DNA from: Actinomycetes bacterium
Lineage (GTDB): Bacteria; Actinomycetota; Actinomycetes; S36-B12; UBA5976
Assembly (NCBI GenBank): GCA_038145175.1
Contig: JAYQPE010000005.1
Coordinates: 25,097-89,096 of the forward strand
Direction: 5' to 3'
DNA length: 64,000 bases
The notes below the pieces were generated by a model, which made no database searches, was not told the origin of the DNA, and saw nothing but the letters and a program-made list of their open reading frames with translations. The position numbers and the translations under genes were made by a program. Positions 37,301-50,261 of the stretch are shown here, one piece after another. Every line of letters begins with the position of its first letter. The stretch's first letter is position 1.

Positions 37301-38563
37301 ATGGAAGCATTTAAAGTTGAAAAGTCAGGCCCTTTAAAGGGTGATGTCTATGTGCCGGGTGCGAAAAACAGTGTTTTAAAACTCATGGCCGCATCAATCA
37401 TGGCTGAAGGAACCACAACTTTAACAAATGTCCCAAATATTTTAGATGTAGAAATAATGGCAGAACTTTTAAGAAGATTGGGCTGCCAAGTTAAACATGA
37501 CTCAGCAAATTCAACTTTGGTAATTGAAGTCCCTGAAAAAATTGGTCACAAAGCAGATTATGACTTAGTTAGAAAAATGCGTGCATCAATTTCAGTTTTA
37601 GGTCCACTAGTTGCAAGATGCTTTGAAGCAGATATTGCGCTTCCTGGTGGTGATGCAATTGGGTCTAGAGGATTAGATATCCATTTACAAGGTTTAGAAA
37701 AATTAGGTTGTGATGTTCATAGCGAACATGGTTATTTAATTGTTAGAGCAGAAAATGGTTTATCTGGAACAAATATTGCATTAGATTTTCCAAGTGTTGG
37801 TGCAACTGAAAATGTTGTGATGGCTGCAACTTTAGCCAAGGGAACTTCAACTATTGAAAACGTTGCAAGAGAACCAGAAATTGTTGATTTGTGTAACATG
37901 CTGGTCAAAATGGGAGCAAAGATTGAAGGTATCGGATCAAGTGTTTTAGAAATTACTGGAGTGGAAATACTTCATCCAACTAAACATGATGTAGTTCCTG
38001 ATCGAATTGTGGCTGGAACTTGGGCAATTGCTGCAGCAATAACTCAAGGAGATATAACAATTCATGGTGTTAGACCAACTGATATGGAATTAGTTTTAGA
38101 AAAATTAAGAGATACTGGTGCTGAAATAAAATCTGTTGATGATCGTTTACATGTAACAATGAATCAAAGACCTAGGGCTGTCGACATAGTTACTCTTCCC
38201 TATCCAGGTTTTCCTACAGATTTACAACCGCAAATGATCACCTTAAACGCAATTGCACAAGGGTCATCAATGGTTACAGAAAATCTATTTGAAGCAAGAT
38301 TTAGATTTGTCAATGAATTAGCTCGACTTGGAGCAGATGTAAAAATTAATGGTCACCATTGTTTAGTTAGAGGAATTGAACATCTGTCTGGCGCACCTGT
38401 GGAAGGAACAGACGTAAGAGCTGGTGCTTCTTTAGTTCTTGCAGGTCTTGTTGCAGAAGGAACAACATATGTACATGAAGTTCACCACGTAGATAGAGGC
38501 TATGCAAATTTTGTAGAAAACTTGATCGGCTTAGGAGCTAAAGTTTCTCGAGTTGAGTCGTGA
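37301..38563 (+). CDS. murA: UDP-N-acetylglucosamine 1-carboxyvinyltransferase (Asp at the fosfomycin-target position)
   Basis: 420 aa EPSP-synthase fold. The active-site loop reads [13 protein letters not shown], with GAT (Asp118) at 37652-37654. Confidence 0.95.
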   Translation: MEAFKVEKSGPLKGDVYVPGAKNSVLKLMAASIMAEGTTTLTNVPNILDVEIMAELLRRLGCQVKHDSANSTLVIEVPEKIGHKADYDLVRKMRASISVLGPLVARCFEADIALPGGDAIGSRGLDIHLQGLEKLGCDVHSEHGYLIVRAENGLSGTNIALDFPSVGATENVVMAATLAKGTSTIENVAREPEIVDLCNMLVKMGAKIEGIGSSVLEITGVEILHPTKHDVVPDRIVAGTWAIAAAITQGDITIHGVRPTDMELVLEKLRDTGAEIKSVDDRLHVTMNQRPRAVDIVTLPYPGFPTDLQPQMITLNAIAQGSSMVTENLFEARFRFVNELARLGADVKINGHHCLVRGIEHLSGAPVEGTDVRAGASLVLAGLVAEGTTYVHEVHHVDRGYANFVENLIGLGAKVSRVES

Positions 38564-39287
38564 AACTTGAAAGATAATTCATCAATTCTTCTCTATTTCT
38601 GACTTGAATTTCCGAATAAATTTTACTAATTTCTTGTTTAATAGTTGAAATACTATACCCAAGAAAATCTGCAATGTCTGTATTTGAATTATCTTGCATT
38701 AAAAGATTTACTATTTGCTTTTGACGTCGTGTCAAACTTTTAACTTTAGTGTTCTCTATATAAGAATCAATTCTTTTTTCATAATCCTGATCCAGTTTGA
38801 TACCAGATAAATTACCTAAAATTTGAATCAAGGATTCAAAGACTGCACTTGGAGATAACTCCTTGTCAGAAAAAAGTCCTAACACCACTTTTGAGTACTT
38901 AAGGCTTGAATATGGAACAGCAATAAAGGTTTTTGATCTATTGTCTAATTCGAAATTTTTCAATTCTCGATATTCCTCAGACCAATATGGCAAAGTGTTA
39001 ACCCACACAATTTTGTTCTCTTTGATGGCATCTGTAACTGGAACTTTTCTTTCAATAGGAAACTCTAACCAATTGCTTCCATAAGACTTAGTAATTCCAA
39101 ATTGCCCAGAAACCTTGACCGTTCCGCGATTAGTTGAATGAACAATAAAAGAAGAAATAATTCCATATTCCTTTAATGAATTTGTGACAAGATGATGACA
39201 AATATCTTGTTCTGTTAAATTTGGATACTTTAAGAATTCTATAAATTCTTGAATTGTGGCAATCGATTGTTGCCAATCATCTAACAC
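38538..39287 (-). CDS. LuxR/GerE-family transcription regulator with unassigned (possibly GAF-like) N-terminal domain
   Basis: C-terminal [46 protein letters not shown] start 6 nt after AGAGGT. G+C is visibly lower than in the neighbours. Confidence 0.75.
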   Translation of the reverse strand: MLDDWQQSIATIQEFIEFLKYPNLTEQDICHHLVTNSLKEYGIISSFIVHSTNRGTVKVSGQFGITKSYGSNWLEFPIERKVPVTDAIKENKIVWVNTLPYWSEEYRELKNFELDNRSKTFIAVPYSSLKYSKVVLGLFSDKELSPSAVFESLIQILGNLSGIKLDQDYEKRIDSYIENTKVKSLTRRQKQIVNLLMQDNSNTDIADFLGYSISTIKQEISKIYSEIQVRNREELMNYLSSFTTQLEKL

Positions 39288-39379
39288 GAGTTACCTCTTT
39301 TGAATAGATAACTCAATTTAACTCCAGCAAATAAAGATCGGTCAATAAGGACTTAAAATGTCCGATTTTCTAGGTGAAA

Positions 39380-39583
39380 TTAAATTAGAAAAAAGAGAAA
39401 AAACAACAAAGCTTTTGGTGAATTTTGAATAATTCGCATTATGTAATCAAATTCAAATCGAGCGTGCCCACCTGGAGTAGTTATAGCTTTTAACTTATTT
39501 GATTGAACCCAACGCTTTACAGTTTTGGGATTTACTTTAAATAATTCTGCAACTTCGCCTGGTCTTAATAGACGCTTTGACAA
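39380..39583 (-). CDS. small MerR/excisionase-type HTH protein, BldC-like
   Basis: 67 aa, LLRPGEVAELFKVNPKTVKRWVQSNKLKAITTPGGHARF. TTG start. It has an unusual hydrophobic tail, ALLFFLFFLI. Confidence 0.7.
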   Translation of the reverse strand: MSKRLLRPGEVAELFKVNPKTVKRWVQSNKLKAITTPGGHARFEFDYIMRIIQNSPKALLFFLFFLI

Positions 39584-39724
39584 TTTTTACTTCTTTCGCA
39601 GGAAAATTAACCACTCTTATGTTGCTATTTAAACTTGATAAATACTAGGCCAAAAGTGGACAAAAAGGTCCAAAATATCTGGCCTAAATAAAGCCATAAT
39701 TCACTTGTGAGGCAGAATGAAGCA

Positions 39725-40186
39725 ATGACAAGTTTAAAAGATCAATTAAAAAAAGATTTGACTCAAAGTCTAAAAGATCAAGATAGCATCAAATCTTCTA
39801 CCTTAAGAATGGCACTTACCGCAATTACTAATGAAGAAGTGTCTGGGAAAGAAGCCAAAGTATTAACTGATCCAGAAGTTTTATCAGTTTTAACAAAAGA
39901 AGCTAAGAAGCGAAAAGAATCTGTTGAAGCTTTTAATCAAGCAAACCGAAAAGACTTAGCTGACAAAGAAGCTCAAGAATTAAAAGTATTGGAGATATAT
40001 TTACCATCAGCTTTAACTGAAGATGAATTAAACAAAATTATTGATGAAGCAATAGCTGAAGCTAAAGCAAGTGGTGCTGAAGGCATGAAAGCAATGGGTG
40101 TTGTTATGAAAATTGTTCAACCAAAAACAGTTGGTAGAACTGACGGTGCACAACTTGCCGCAAAAGTTAAAGAAAAACTAAATTAA
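39725..40186 (+). CDS. GatB/YqeY domain protein
   Basis: MTSLKDQLKKDLTQSLKDQD...VLEIYLP is typical of YqeY. ATG 39725 is preferred over GTG 39707. Confidence 0.85.
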   Translation: MTSLKDQLKKDLTQSLKDQDSIKSSTLRMALTAITNEEVSGKEAKVLTDPEVLSVLTKEAKKRKESVEAFNQANRKDLADKEAQELKVLEIYLPSALTEDELNKIIDEAIAEAKASGAEGMKAMGVVMKIVQPKTVGRTDGAQLAAKVKEKLN

Positions 40187-40548
40187 TTCCCAGTTATTGC
40201 TAAACGAGATTCAGCACGTTTAAGTGCTTCTTTATCTTCAGATTTAATTGCTTCTTCTTTTGCAATTTGAGCACGTTTGATATCAATTTGACTTGCTAGT
40301 TCTGCAGTTTCAGCCAACACGATTACATTGTTGCTATCAACTGTGACAAAGCCACCATGTATTGCTGCTTTAATTTCTTCACCGTTTAAAGGTTTAATTG
40401 AAATTGGTCCATCTGCCAAAGAAGCAAGCAAAGGTGAATGTCCTGGAAGTAAACCAATTTCACCTGATTTAGTTCTTAACACAACTCTGCTTGCTTCTCC
40501 TGACCAAACTTGTGAGTCAGTTGCAACAACTTCAACTTTTAGTGGCAT
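40183..40548 (-). CDS. atpC: F0F1 ATP synthase subunit epsilon
   Basis: 121 aa, position and sequence in the atp operon. Confidence 0.92.
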   Translation of the reverse strand: MPLKVEVVATDSQVWSGEASRVVLRTKSGEIGLLPGHSPLLASLADGPISIKPLNGEEIKAAIHGGFVTVDSNNVIVLAETAELASQIDIKRAQIAKEEAIKSEDKEALKRAESRLAITGN

Positions 40549-40558
40549 GAATTATTCT

Positions 40559-42936
<2,378 letters not shown>

Positions 42937-42945
42937 GTTTAGTCT

Positions 42946-44580
42946 TTAGGCTCTCTTTTGAATCTTGATTTGTGCTTGCTCAACATCTTCTTCAGCTAAA
43001 GCTTCAACGTCTGAATCAACCAAAAGTGGTTGACCATTAGCTTTCACAAATTGTTTTTTGAAGTTATTGATAGCAGATTTTAAAGTTTCAATATCTGAAT
43101 CACTTAGATCTCTTGTTTCTCTAATTGATTTCAATACTGCACTTTGCTCGCGATCTAAATAGTTATGGAATTCAACTTCAAATCTTGAAATGTCATCAAC
43201 TGGTACATCATCAAGATTTCCAGTTGTTCCAGCCCATAGCGATGCAACAGCTTTTTCCATTGGAAGTGGTGCATATTGACCTTGGATTAACAATTGAACT
43301 AATCGTGAACCACGTTCTAATTGTTGTTTAGAGGCTGCATCAAGATCTGAACCAAATGCTGCGAATGCTTCTAGTTCACGAAATTGTGCAAGATCTAAAC
43401 GCAAACGGCCAGCAACTTTTCTCATTGCTTTTGGTTGTGCAGATCCACCTACACGAGATACAGAAATACCTACGTTGATAGCAGGTCTTATACCTGAGTT
43501 GAAAAGATCTGTTTCCAAAAATATTTGACCATCAGTAATAGAAATTACGTTGGTTGGAATATAAGCAGAAACGTCATTTGCTTTGGTTTCAATTATTGGT
43601 AACCCAGTTAATGAACCGCCACCTAATTCGTTTGATAATTTTGCACAACGTTCTAACAAACGAGAGTGTAAATAGAAAACATCTCCAGGATAAGCTTCAC
43701 GACCTGGTGGACGACGAAGTAACAAAGAAACTGCACGATAAGCCTCAGCTTGTTTTGTTAAATCATCAAACACAATTAGTGCAGCTTTTCCTTCATACAT
43801 CCAATGCTGACCAATTGCAGAACCTGCATAAGGTGCAATAAATTTAAAGCCTGCAGGATCAGAAGCTGTTGCTGCCACAATTGTGGTGTATTCCAGAGCA
43901 CCATATTTTTCTAAAGTCGCTCTCACTGATGCAATTGTGGAACCTTTTTGTCCAACTGCAACATAAATACATCTAACTTGTTTCTTTGGATCTCCTGATT
44001 TCCAATTTTCTTTTTGGTTAATGATGGCATCAATTGCTAACGCAGTTTTACCTGTGCCACGATCACCAATTATTAATTGACGTTGTCCTCTACCTACTGC
44101 AGTCATTGCATCTACTGCTTTTACACCAAACTCTAAAGATTCTTTAACGGGTTGGCGTTCTACTACTGTTGGTGCTTGTAATTCCAATGCACGAGATGCA
44201 GAAGCTTTAATTGGACCAAGTCCATCAATTGGATTTCCCAGTGGATCAACTGTTCTTCCTAAAAATGCTTCACCAACTGGAACTTCTAAAACACGGCCAG
44301 TTCTTCTAACTTCTTGTCCTTCTTGGATACCTGAAGAATCTCCAAGAAGTACTGCGCCGATTTCTGCTACGTCTAAGTTAAGTGCTACACCTAATAAACC
44401 ATTTTCAAATTCAAGTAATTCACTTGTCATTGCTGATGGTAAACCTTCAACACGGGCAATACCGTCACCAGTTTCTGCTACGCGTCCTACTTCGTCCTTA
44501 GTTGTCTTGGGATTGAAGTTGGCAACATTTTTTTCGATAGCACTCCGGATATCTTCAGGTTTGATCTGGAGTTCAGTCAT
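42946..44580 (-). CDS. atpA: F0F1 ATP synthase subunit alpha
   Basis: Walker A GDRGTGKT. Start is set at ATG 44578-44580 ([11 protein letters not shown]) rather than the track's upstream start. Confidence 0.96.
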   Translation of the reverse strand: MTELQIKPEDIRSAIEKNVANFNPKTTKDEVGRVAETGDGIARVEGLPSAMTSELLEFENGLLGVALNLDVAEIGAVLLGDSSGIQEGQEVRRTGRVLEVPVGEAFLGRTVDPLGNPIDGLGPIKASASRALELQAPTVVERQPVKESLEFGVKAVDAMTAVGRGQRQLIIGDRGTGKTALAIDAIINQKENWKSGDPKKQVRCIYVAVGQKGSTIASVRATLEKYGALEYTTIVAATASDPAGFKFIAPYAGSAIGQHWMYEGKAALIVFDDLTKQAEAYRAVSLLLRRPPGREAYPGDVFYLHSRLLERCAKLSNELGGGSLTGLPIIETKANDVSAYIPTNVISITDGQIFLETDLFNSGIRPAINVGISVSRVGGSAQPKAMRKVAGRLRLDLAQFRELEAFAAFGSDLDAASKQQLERGSRLVQLLIQGQYAPLPMEKAVASLWAGTTGNLDDVPVDDISRFEVEFHNYLDREQSAVLKSIRETRDLSDSDIETLKSAINNFKKQFVKANGQPLLVDSDVEALAEEDVEQAQIKIQKRA

Positions 44581-44643
44581 TTTGGTTACTGCCTTTCTTT
44601 TCATTTTTCTGTTTTTGCAAATTTTGCAATAACAGGAAGTTTC

Positions 44644-45450
44644 TTATACTGCTAATTCTTTTTTTATTTGAGCAATTCGGTTTGAAACTGTGCCATCGAT
44701 AACTTCATCACCGATTCGAACAGCTACGCCCCCAATTACTTTCTTATCGACAACTTTTTTTAGTTGGATATCTTGTTTATAAATTGTTTTTAAAGAACTT
44801 ACCAATCGTGTTTCTTGATCAGCAGAAAGTGCAATAGCAGTTGTTACTTCTGCTAAAAGTCTTCCTCTTCTATCTGCTGCAAGTTTGGAAAGATCTTTCA
44901 AGGTTGTGGTGATTGATCTTGAATGACGATTGCCAAGTGCGTAATTAACTAACTCGATCGATGTTTGATTAAAGGTTTTGCCAACTAAATCATTGATTAT
45001 TTTTAATCTAGATTCACTTGTGATATTTGGATCTGCAAGCATAAGTTCTAATTCACCACTTGCTGCAATTGCTCGCTCGAAGGCAAAAATTTCATCTTCG
45101 ACTCTATCTAGTTCATTGCTATTTTCACTGCCTGCAAAAGCCGCTCTAAAACCACTATCTTCTAGAGCTTGGATTAAATCCTCTGGATCACTCCAGCGAA
45201 GAGTTACTGCTTGAGCAATTAATTCAATAGCTGATTTTGAACCAATTTTAGTAAGTAAATCTTTTGCAATACCTGATCTTGCTTCATTTGATAAACCTGA
45301 ATCAGTCAAAGTATTTAGAAGAGATTTATTTGTAGCAATTATTTTTGCAGCAACAAGTAAACTTTTTGCATCATTAAAGCTTTGAATTCCTTTATTGGAA
45401 TCAACAGCCTTAATTAATGCAATGTAAGAATTCTTGCTTGCACCTAACAT
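44644..45450 (-). CDS. atpH: F0F1 ATP synthase subunit delta (long actinobacterial form)
   Basis: 268 aa, OSCP-like C-terminal half. It abuts the atpF stop. Confidence 0.88.
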   Translation of the reverse strand: MLGASKNSYIALIKAVDSNKGIQSFNDAKSLLVAAKIIATNKSLLNTLTDSGLSNEARSGIAKDLLTKIGSKSAIELIAQAVTLRWSDPEDLIQALEDSGFRAAFAGSENSNELDRVEDEIFAFERAIAASGELELMLADPNITSESRLKIINDLVGKTFNQTSIELVNYALGNRHSRSITTTLKDLSKLAADRRGRLLAEVTTAIALSADQETRLVSSLKTIYKQDIQLKKVVDKKVIGGVAVRIGDEVIDGTVSNRIAQIKKELAV

Positions 45451-45993
45451 TTATTTACCTTTAACACTTTCTAGATCTTTAATGAATTGATCTATTACCG
45501 CTTTGGCTTTTGCATCATCAGACAATGAGGCACCCACGATTTTTTCAGCAAGCCCTAATGCCAAATTGGAAACATCTAAACGCAGTTCATTTACTGCTTT
45601 AGTTTTTTCAACTTCTATTTGAGCATTAGCTTGTTGGGTCACAACTTGAGCTGCTTTTTGTGCTTCATTTCTTGCTTCACTGATCAATGTGGCACGTTCA
45701 GATTCAGCACTTGAGCGAATCTTTGCTGCCTCAGATTTTGCTTCGGCAAGATTTTGACGATATTGGCTTAACGTGGTGGCTGCTTCTTGCTGAAGTTTTT
45801 CAGCTTTTGCAATTCCACCTTCAATTGCTTCAGTTCTTGCTTCTAATGTTTTTCTAATATTTGGCAAGGCAAATTTAGAAAGTAAAAAGAAGATAGTAAA
45901 GAAAGCAATTGTGCCAATTACTAGTTCATAAGTTGGTGGCAATAAAACATTGCTACCGCCTTCTGCACCCTCTGCTGCGAGGATCCAGTTCAT
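45451..45993 (-). CDS. atpF: F0F1 ATP synthase subunit b
   Basis: Single N-terminal TM segment plus a long charged Ala/Glu/Lys-rich helix. ATG 45993 (6 nt after GGAGA) is preferred over GTG 45999. Confidence 0.9.
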   Translation of the reverse strand: MNWILAAEGAEGGSNVLLPPTYELVIGTIAFFTIFFLLSKFALPNIRKTLEARTEAIEGGIAKAEKLQQEAATTLSQYRQNLAEAKSEAAKIRSSAESERATLISEARNEAQKAAQVVTQQANAQIEVEKTKAVNELRLDVSNLALGLAEKIVGASLSDDAKAKAVIDQFIKDLESVKGK

Positions 45994-46022
45994 ATTCACT
46001 CTCCGTTTTTCTTGTTGTTAAA

Positions 46023-46286
<264 letters not shown>

Positions 46287-46310
46287 CTATTTGCTACAAG
46301 AAACCTTTTT

Positions 46311-47165
46311 TTAGTGCTCCGCGTGCAACGAACTAGAAATAAATACTGCCGTTAGCAACGTGAAAATAAATGCTTGTAAAGCCTGAATAAACATTTCAAA
46401 ACCAGTCAGCACAATTGTGACAAAGAAAGAAACAGCTGATCCAAGATATCCAATAACTGAAACAATTCCCACGAAATTAGACAGATTTAGTAAGTACCAT
46501 GCAGAGACTGTAAATACGGTAATAAGTAAGTGACCAGCAAACATATTGGCAAATAAACGAATTGCCAAGGTAACTGGTCGAATAATGATGGTTGATAATA
46601 ATTCAATTGGGGTAAGAAGTGGATAAATTCCAATTGGCATGCCTGGTGGAAAAGCTATGTTTTTAAAATAACCAACTACACCTTGGTTTTTCATACCTAA
46701 GAACATATAAATTAGCCAAACAATTACCGCCAAAACTACGGGGAATGCAAACTTAGAAGTTACTGGAAATTGCGCCACAGGAATTATTGCCATTACGTTC
46801 ATAGTCCAAACAAAAAAGAAAATAGAAGTTAAGAAAGGCACAAATCGATCACCGTCTTTACCCATTATTTCTCGAGCAATGTTGTCTCTGACAAACAAGT
46901 AACCGACTTCGACTACGTTTTGTATTCCAGTTGGAACTAATTTTGGTCTAGAAAAAGCTAGTAAGAAAACTACCGAAACAATCACTGTAGAAATTAATGC
47001 CAAAATTACTGGTTTGGTTATATCGATTGTGGTGATGCCTAAATTTATTGAAGTAAGAGGTTTCCAAACAAAAATTCCAGCACCAGGTGCTGGGAATGGA
47101 CAAGCAGTATCGCCAAATTTGCAAGTAACTTCAGCTAAAGAAATAAAGTTAGCCAAGAAAATCAC
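46311..47165 (-). CDS. atpB: F0F1 ATP synthase subunit a
   Basis: 284 aa polytopic membrane protein, LAIRLFANMFAGH motif. GTG start. Confidence 0.94.
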   Translation of the reverse strand: MIFLANFISLAEVTCKFGDTACPFPAPGAGIFVWKPLTSINLGITTIDITKPVILALISTVIVSVVFLLAFSRPKLVPTGIQNVVEVGYLFVRDNIAREIMGKDGDRFVPFLTSIFFFVWTMNVMAIIPVAQFPVTSKFAFPVVLAVIVWLIYMFLGMKNQGVVGYFKNIAFPPGMPIGIYPLLTPIELLSTIIIRPVTLAIRLFANMFAGHLLITVFTVSAWYLLNLSNFVGIVSVIGYLGSAVSFFVTIVLTGFEMFIQALQAFIFTLLTAVFISSSLHAEH

Positions 47166-47200
47166 TTTTCATTTCCGGCAACATTTATTAAAACCTTTCA

Positions 47201-47422
47201 TTAATTCTTTATATTTAATTGCTTGTAAGTCATATAAAGCGCTAAACCAATTCCTAAAATTGATCCAGCAGCAACAAACATTTCAACTTTGTTAAACCAC
47301 GAACCGATTAACCAACCCAGGCCTCCGTAAATTAATATTCCGGAAATTAGACGACCCACAATTGCCCAAGGATCATCTGAGGTTGTTTTGCGGTTTCGAA
47401 AGTTTTTCTGTTCGCTCACCAC
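47201..47422 (-). CDS. AtpZ/AtpI-family small membrane protein
   Basis: 73 aa, two TM segments, located immediately upstream of atpB. Confidence 0.7.
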   Translation of the reverse strand: MVSEQKNFRNRKTTSDDPWAIVGRLISGILIYGGLGWLIGSWFNKVEMFVAAGSILGIGLALYMTYKQLNIKN

Positions 47423-47430
47423 TTAAAAGG

Positions 47431-47856
47431 TTAGCCGTCTTTTAACTTTTTCAAAACTTCAGGGGTAACCGGTTCAATCACCGTTGTTTTATGTTTTGCC
47501 ATCACCCAAACCGAGCCAAATGTCCAAGCAAGTGTGCAAGCAAGAATTGAGATGCCAAAATATTGGCCATTGAGCCAAGTTGCATCTCTAAGTAACATTA
47601 TTAACACTAGTAACACAATTAATTGGGTTAAATACACAAGCATTGCAACTCCAAGTCCAAGTTCAGGTCTAGTTAAAAGGACTCTGCCAATTATGTATTG
47701 TCCAAAAATAAAAAAAGTCAATGTTAAAACCAATCCACCTATAGAAGACCATCCTGCTTGTGCATCTGTGAAAATTGTTGATCCTATGGAAAATGCGATT
47801 CCCACAATTGAGGTTGGAATTAAACCTGCCACGATTATTTTTGTTTCAGTCGTCAT
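47431..47856 (-). CDS. ATP-synthase-operon-associated polytopic membrane protein (AtpI-like)
   Basis: 141 aa, four predicted TM segments. It sits between wecA and atpB, as in other actinobacteria. Confidence 0.6.
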   Translation of the reverse strand: MTTETKIIVAGLIPTSIVGIAFSIGSTIFTDAQAGWSSIGGLVLTLTFFIFGQYIIGRVLLTRPELGLGVAMLVYLTQLIVLLVLIMLLRDATWLNGQYFGISILACTLAWTFGSVWVMAKHKTTVIEPVTPEVLKKLKDG

Positions 47857-48960
47857 TTAATTTGCCACCACAACTTTAGGATCTCTTCTTCTTCCAAAAT
47901 AAATCAAAGATGAAAGACCTGCAATCAAAAATGACAATGAATATAAAAATGGAATAAATGCCGTACTCACTGTGGCAAAAGCAAGCAAAGCGGTTCCTGC
48001 ATGCATGAGCATCACAGCTCTTCTATGTGAATGACCTCTTTCTAAAAGTCTGTGATGTAAATGCTCTTTATCTGGGGTAAAAATATTTGCACCCCTTCTA
48101 GTTCTTCTCAATACTGCTAAAGCTAAATCAATTAATGGAACTGCAATAACGGCTAAAGGTAAAAGAATAAGTAAAAAGCTTGGTAATACCGAAGTAATTT
48201 CTAAAGCACCAGGATCAGTTTGACCTGTCAAAGTAATTGCACAAGCTGCCAACATTAAACCAATCAACATTGAACCGGTATCTCCCATAAATACTCGAGC
48301 AGGAAACATATTGTGCGGTAAAAATCCTAAAGTAATTCCAACAAGTAAAGCTGAAATTAAAGTTGGCAAAGTTGCGCGAGAAAAACCAAATTCCACGCTT
48401 AGTAAATAACTGTAAGCAAAAAATGCCGCAGCTCCCAGTCCTACTACACCTGCGGCTAAGCCATCTAAGCCGTCAACAAAATTAACCGCATTAACTGTGA
48501 TTAAAACAATTAATACAGTTAATAACACTCCAGTTAAGGGATCTAAACTTAAAGTTCCTTGGACAAAAGGAAGTGGCAACCAAATTAAAGAAATTCCTTG
48601 GGACGCCATAACTGCAGCAGCTAAAGTTTGACCAGCTAACTTTGTGGGACCATCAATTGACCATTTATCATCAATTGCACCAAGTAAAACTAATATTGCA
48701 CAACCTGCAAGTAATGCTCTAATTTGCTGACCATCTTTAAAAACATTACTAATTAGTGGCAACTGTGATGCCAAAGATAATCCTGCAAGTAAACCAAGAA
48801 CCATGGCAAGTCCGCCCAGTCTTGGGATAGGTCTATCGTGCACATCTCTATCTCTTACTTTTGCCATAAAACCAAATCGAAGCGCTAAATATCTTGCCAT
48901 TGGAGTTGTTAAATAAGTAATGAAAGCCGTGGCAAGTAAAACTAGTAAATACTCACGCAC
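47857..48960 (-). CDS. wecA: undecaprenyl-phosphate GlcNAc-1-phosphate transferase (WecA/Rfe, MraY-like)
   Basis: 367 aa polytopic protein, NFVDGLDGLA and MGDTGS motifs. GTG start. Confidence 0.88.
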   Translation of the reverse strand: MREYLLVLLATAFITYLTTPMARYLALRFGFMAKVRDRDVHDRPIPRLGGLAMVLGLLAGLSLASQLPLISNVFKDGQQIRALLAGCAILVLLGAIDDKWSIDGPTKLAGQTLAAAVMASQGISLIWLPLPFVQGTLSLDPLTGVLLTVLIVLITVNAVNFVDGLDGLAAGVVGLGAAAFFAYSYLLSVEFGFSRATLPTLISALLVGITLGFLPHNMFPARVFMGDTGSMLIGLMLAACAITLTGQTDPGALEITSVLPSFLLILLPLAVIAVPLIDLALAVLRRTRRGANIFTPDKEHLHHRLLERGHSHRRAVMLMHAGTALLAFATVSTAFIPFLYSLSFLIAGLSSLIYFGRRRDPKVVVAN

Positions 48961-48964
48961 TTAA

Positions 48965-50227
48965 TTAGCCTCTTTTATATGCAGGAAATGCTTTACACAA
49001 TTCATTAACTTCTTGTGCAACTTTATCTAATTCGTTATCACTTTTAACAGCACGAGCTATATATGAAGCAATCTTTTTCATTTCAGGAACTCCCATGCCT
49101 TGAGTGGTCACAGAAGGTGTTCCTACTCTGATTCCACTTGCTGTCATTGGGGGAAGTGGATCATTTGGAATTGGATTTTTATTCAATGTAATTCTTGCAG
49201 CATCACATCTTTTTTCTGCTTCTTTTCCAGTTACAGATAATGGAGAAATATCTAACAAAACTAAATGAGTGTCAGTTCCACCACTTACAGGACGCATGCC
49301 TTCTTTTTTTAAATCTTCAGAAAGTGCATTCGAATTTTCAATAACTTTTTTTGCATATTGTTGATATTCAGGTGTTGCACATTCCTTTAAGGCAACAGCT
49401 TTAGCAGCAACACCTTGCATCAGTGGACCGCCTTGCATCATCGGAAATACTGCTTTATCAATTGCTTGTGCATGTTGGGCTTTACTTAAAAGCATTCCAC
49501 CACGTGGTCCGCGTAATACTTTATGTGTTGTAAAGGAAACCACATCTGCATATGGCACAGGACTTGGAATTGCTTTTCCAGCAACTAAGCCAATGAAGTG
49601 TGCAGCATCAACCCATAAAATTGCGCCAACCTCGTCAGCTATTTCTCGCATGAGTTTGAAATCAATTAAACGTGGATAAGCAGTAGCACCTGCCACAATC
49701 ATCTTTGGTTTATGTTGTTTTGCTAAATCTCTAACGTTGTCATAGTCAATTAATTCTGTTTTTGGATCAACTGAATATCCAATTGGGTTAAACCATTTTC
49801 CAGAAAAACTAACAGGGGAACCATGAGTTAAATGTCCACCTTGCGCAAGACTCATTGCCAAAACAGTGTCCCCTGGTTTTGTGAATGCACCATAAACTGC
49901 CAAGTTTGCATTTGCACCAGAATGTGGTTGAAGATTTGCATGTTCTGCATCAAATAATTTTTTTGCTCTTTCTATACCAATTATTTCTGCCTCATCAACT
50001 ACTGAGCATCCACCGTAATAACGTTTACCTGGATAACCTTCTGCATATTTATTACTGAAAGTACTTCCAAGGGCAGCTAAAACTGCAGGAGAAGTGAAAT
50101 TTTCACTAGCAATTAATTGCAAACCACCTCGGGCTCTTTCTAATTCTTTTAACAACAAGGAAGCAATTTCTGGATCTTGATTTTCTAACTGGTCCCAATC
50201 AGGACCCCAAAAAGTTTCATTTGCCAC
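48965..50227 (-). CDS. glyA: serine hydroxymethyltransferase
   Basis: PLP-Lys motif TTHKVLRGPRGG. GTG start after AAGGGAG. Confidence 0.96.
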   Translation of the reverse strand: MANETFWGPDWDQLENQDPEIASLLLKELERARGGLQLIASENFTSPAVLAALGSTFSNKYAEGYPGKRYYGGCSVVDEAEIIGIERAKKLFDAEHANLQPHSGANANLAVYGAFTKPGDTVLAMSLAQGGHLTHGSPVSFSGKWFNPIGYSVDPKTELIDYDNVRDLAKQHKPKMIVAGATAYPRLIDFKLMREIADEVGAILWVDAAHFIGLVAGKAIPSPVPYADVVSFTTHKVLRGPRGGMLLSKAQHAQAIDKAVFPMMQGGPLMQGVAAKAVALKECATPEYQQYAKKVIENSNALSEDLKKEGMRPVSGGTDTHLVLLDISPLSVTGKEAEKRCDAARITLNKNPIPNDPLPPMTASGIRVGTPSVTTQGMGVPEMKKIASYIARAVKSDNELDKVAQEVNELCKAFPAYKRG

Positions 50228-50261
50228 GATTTACTACTCCCTTAATTTGTTGTCTTTTAGT

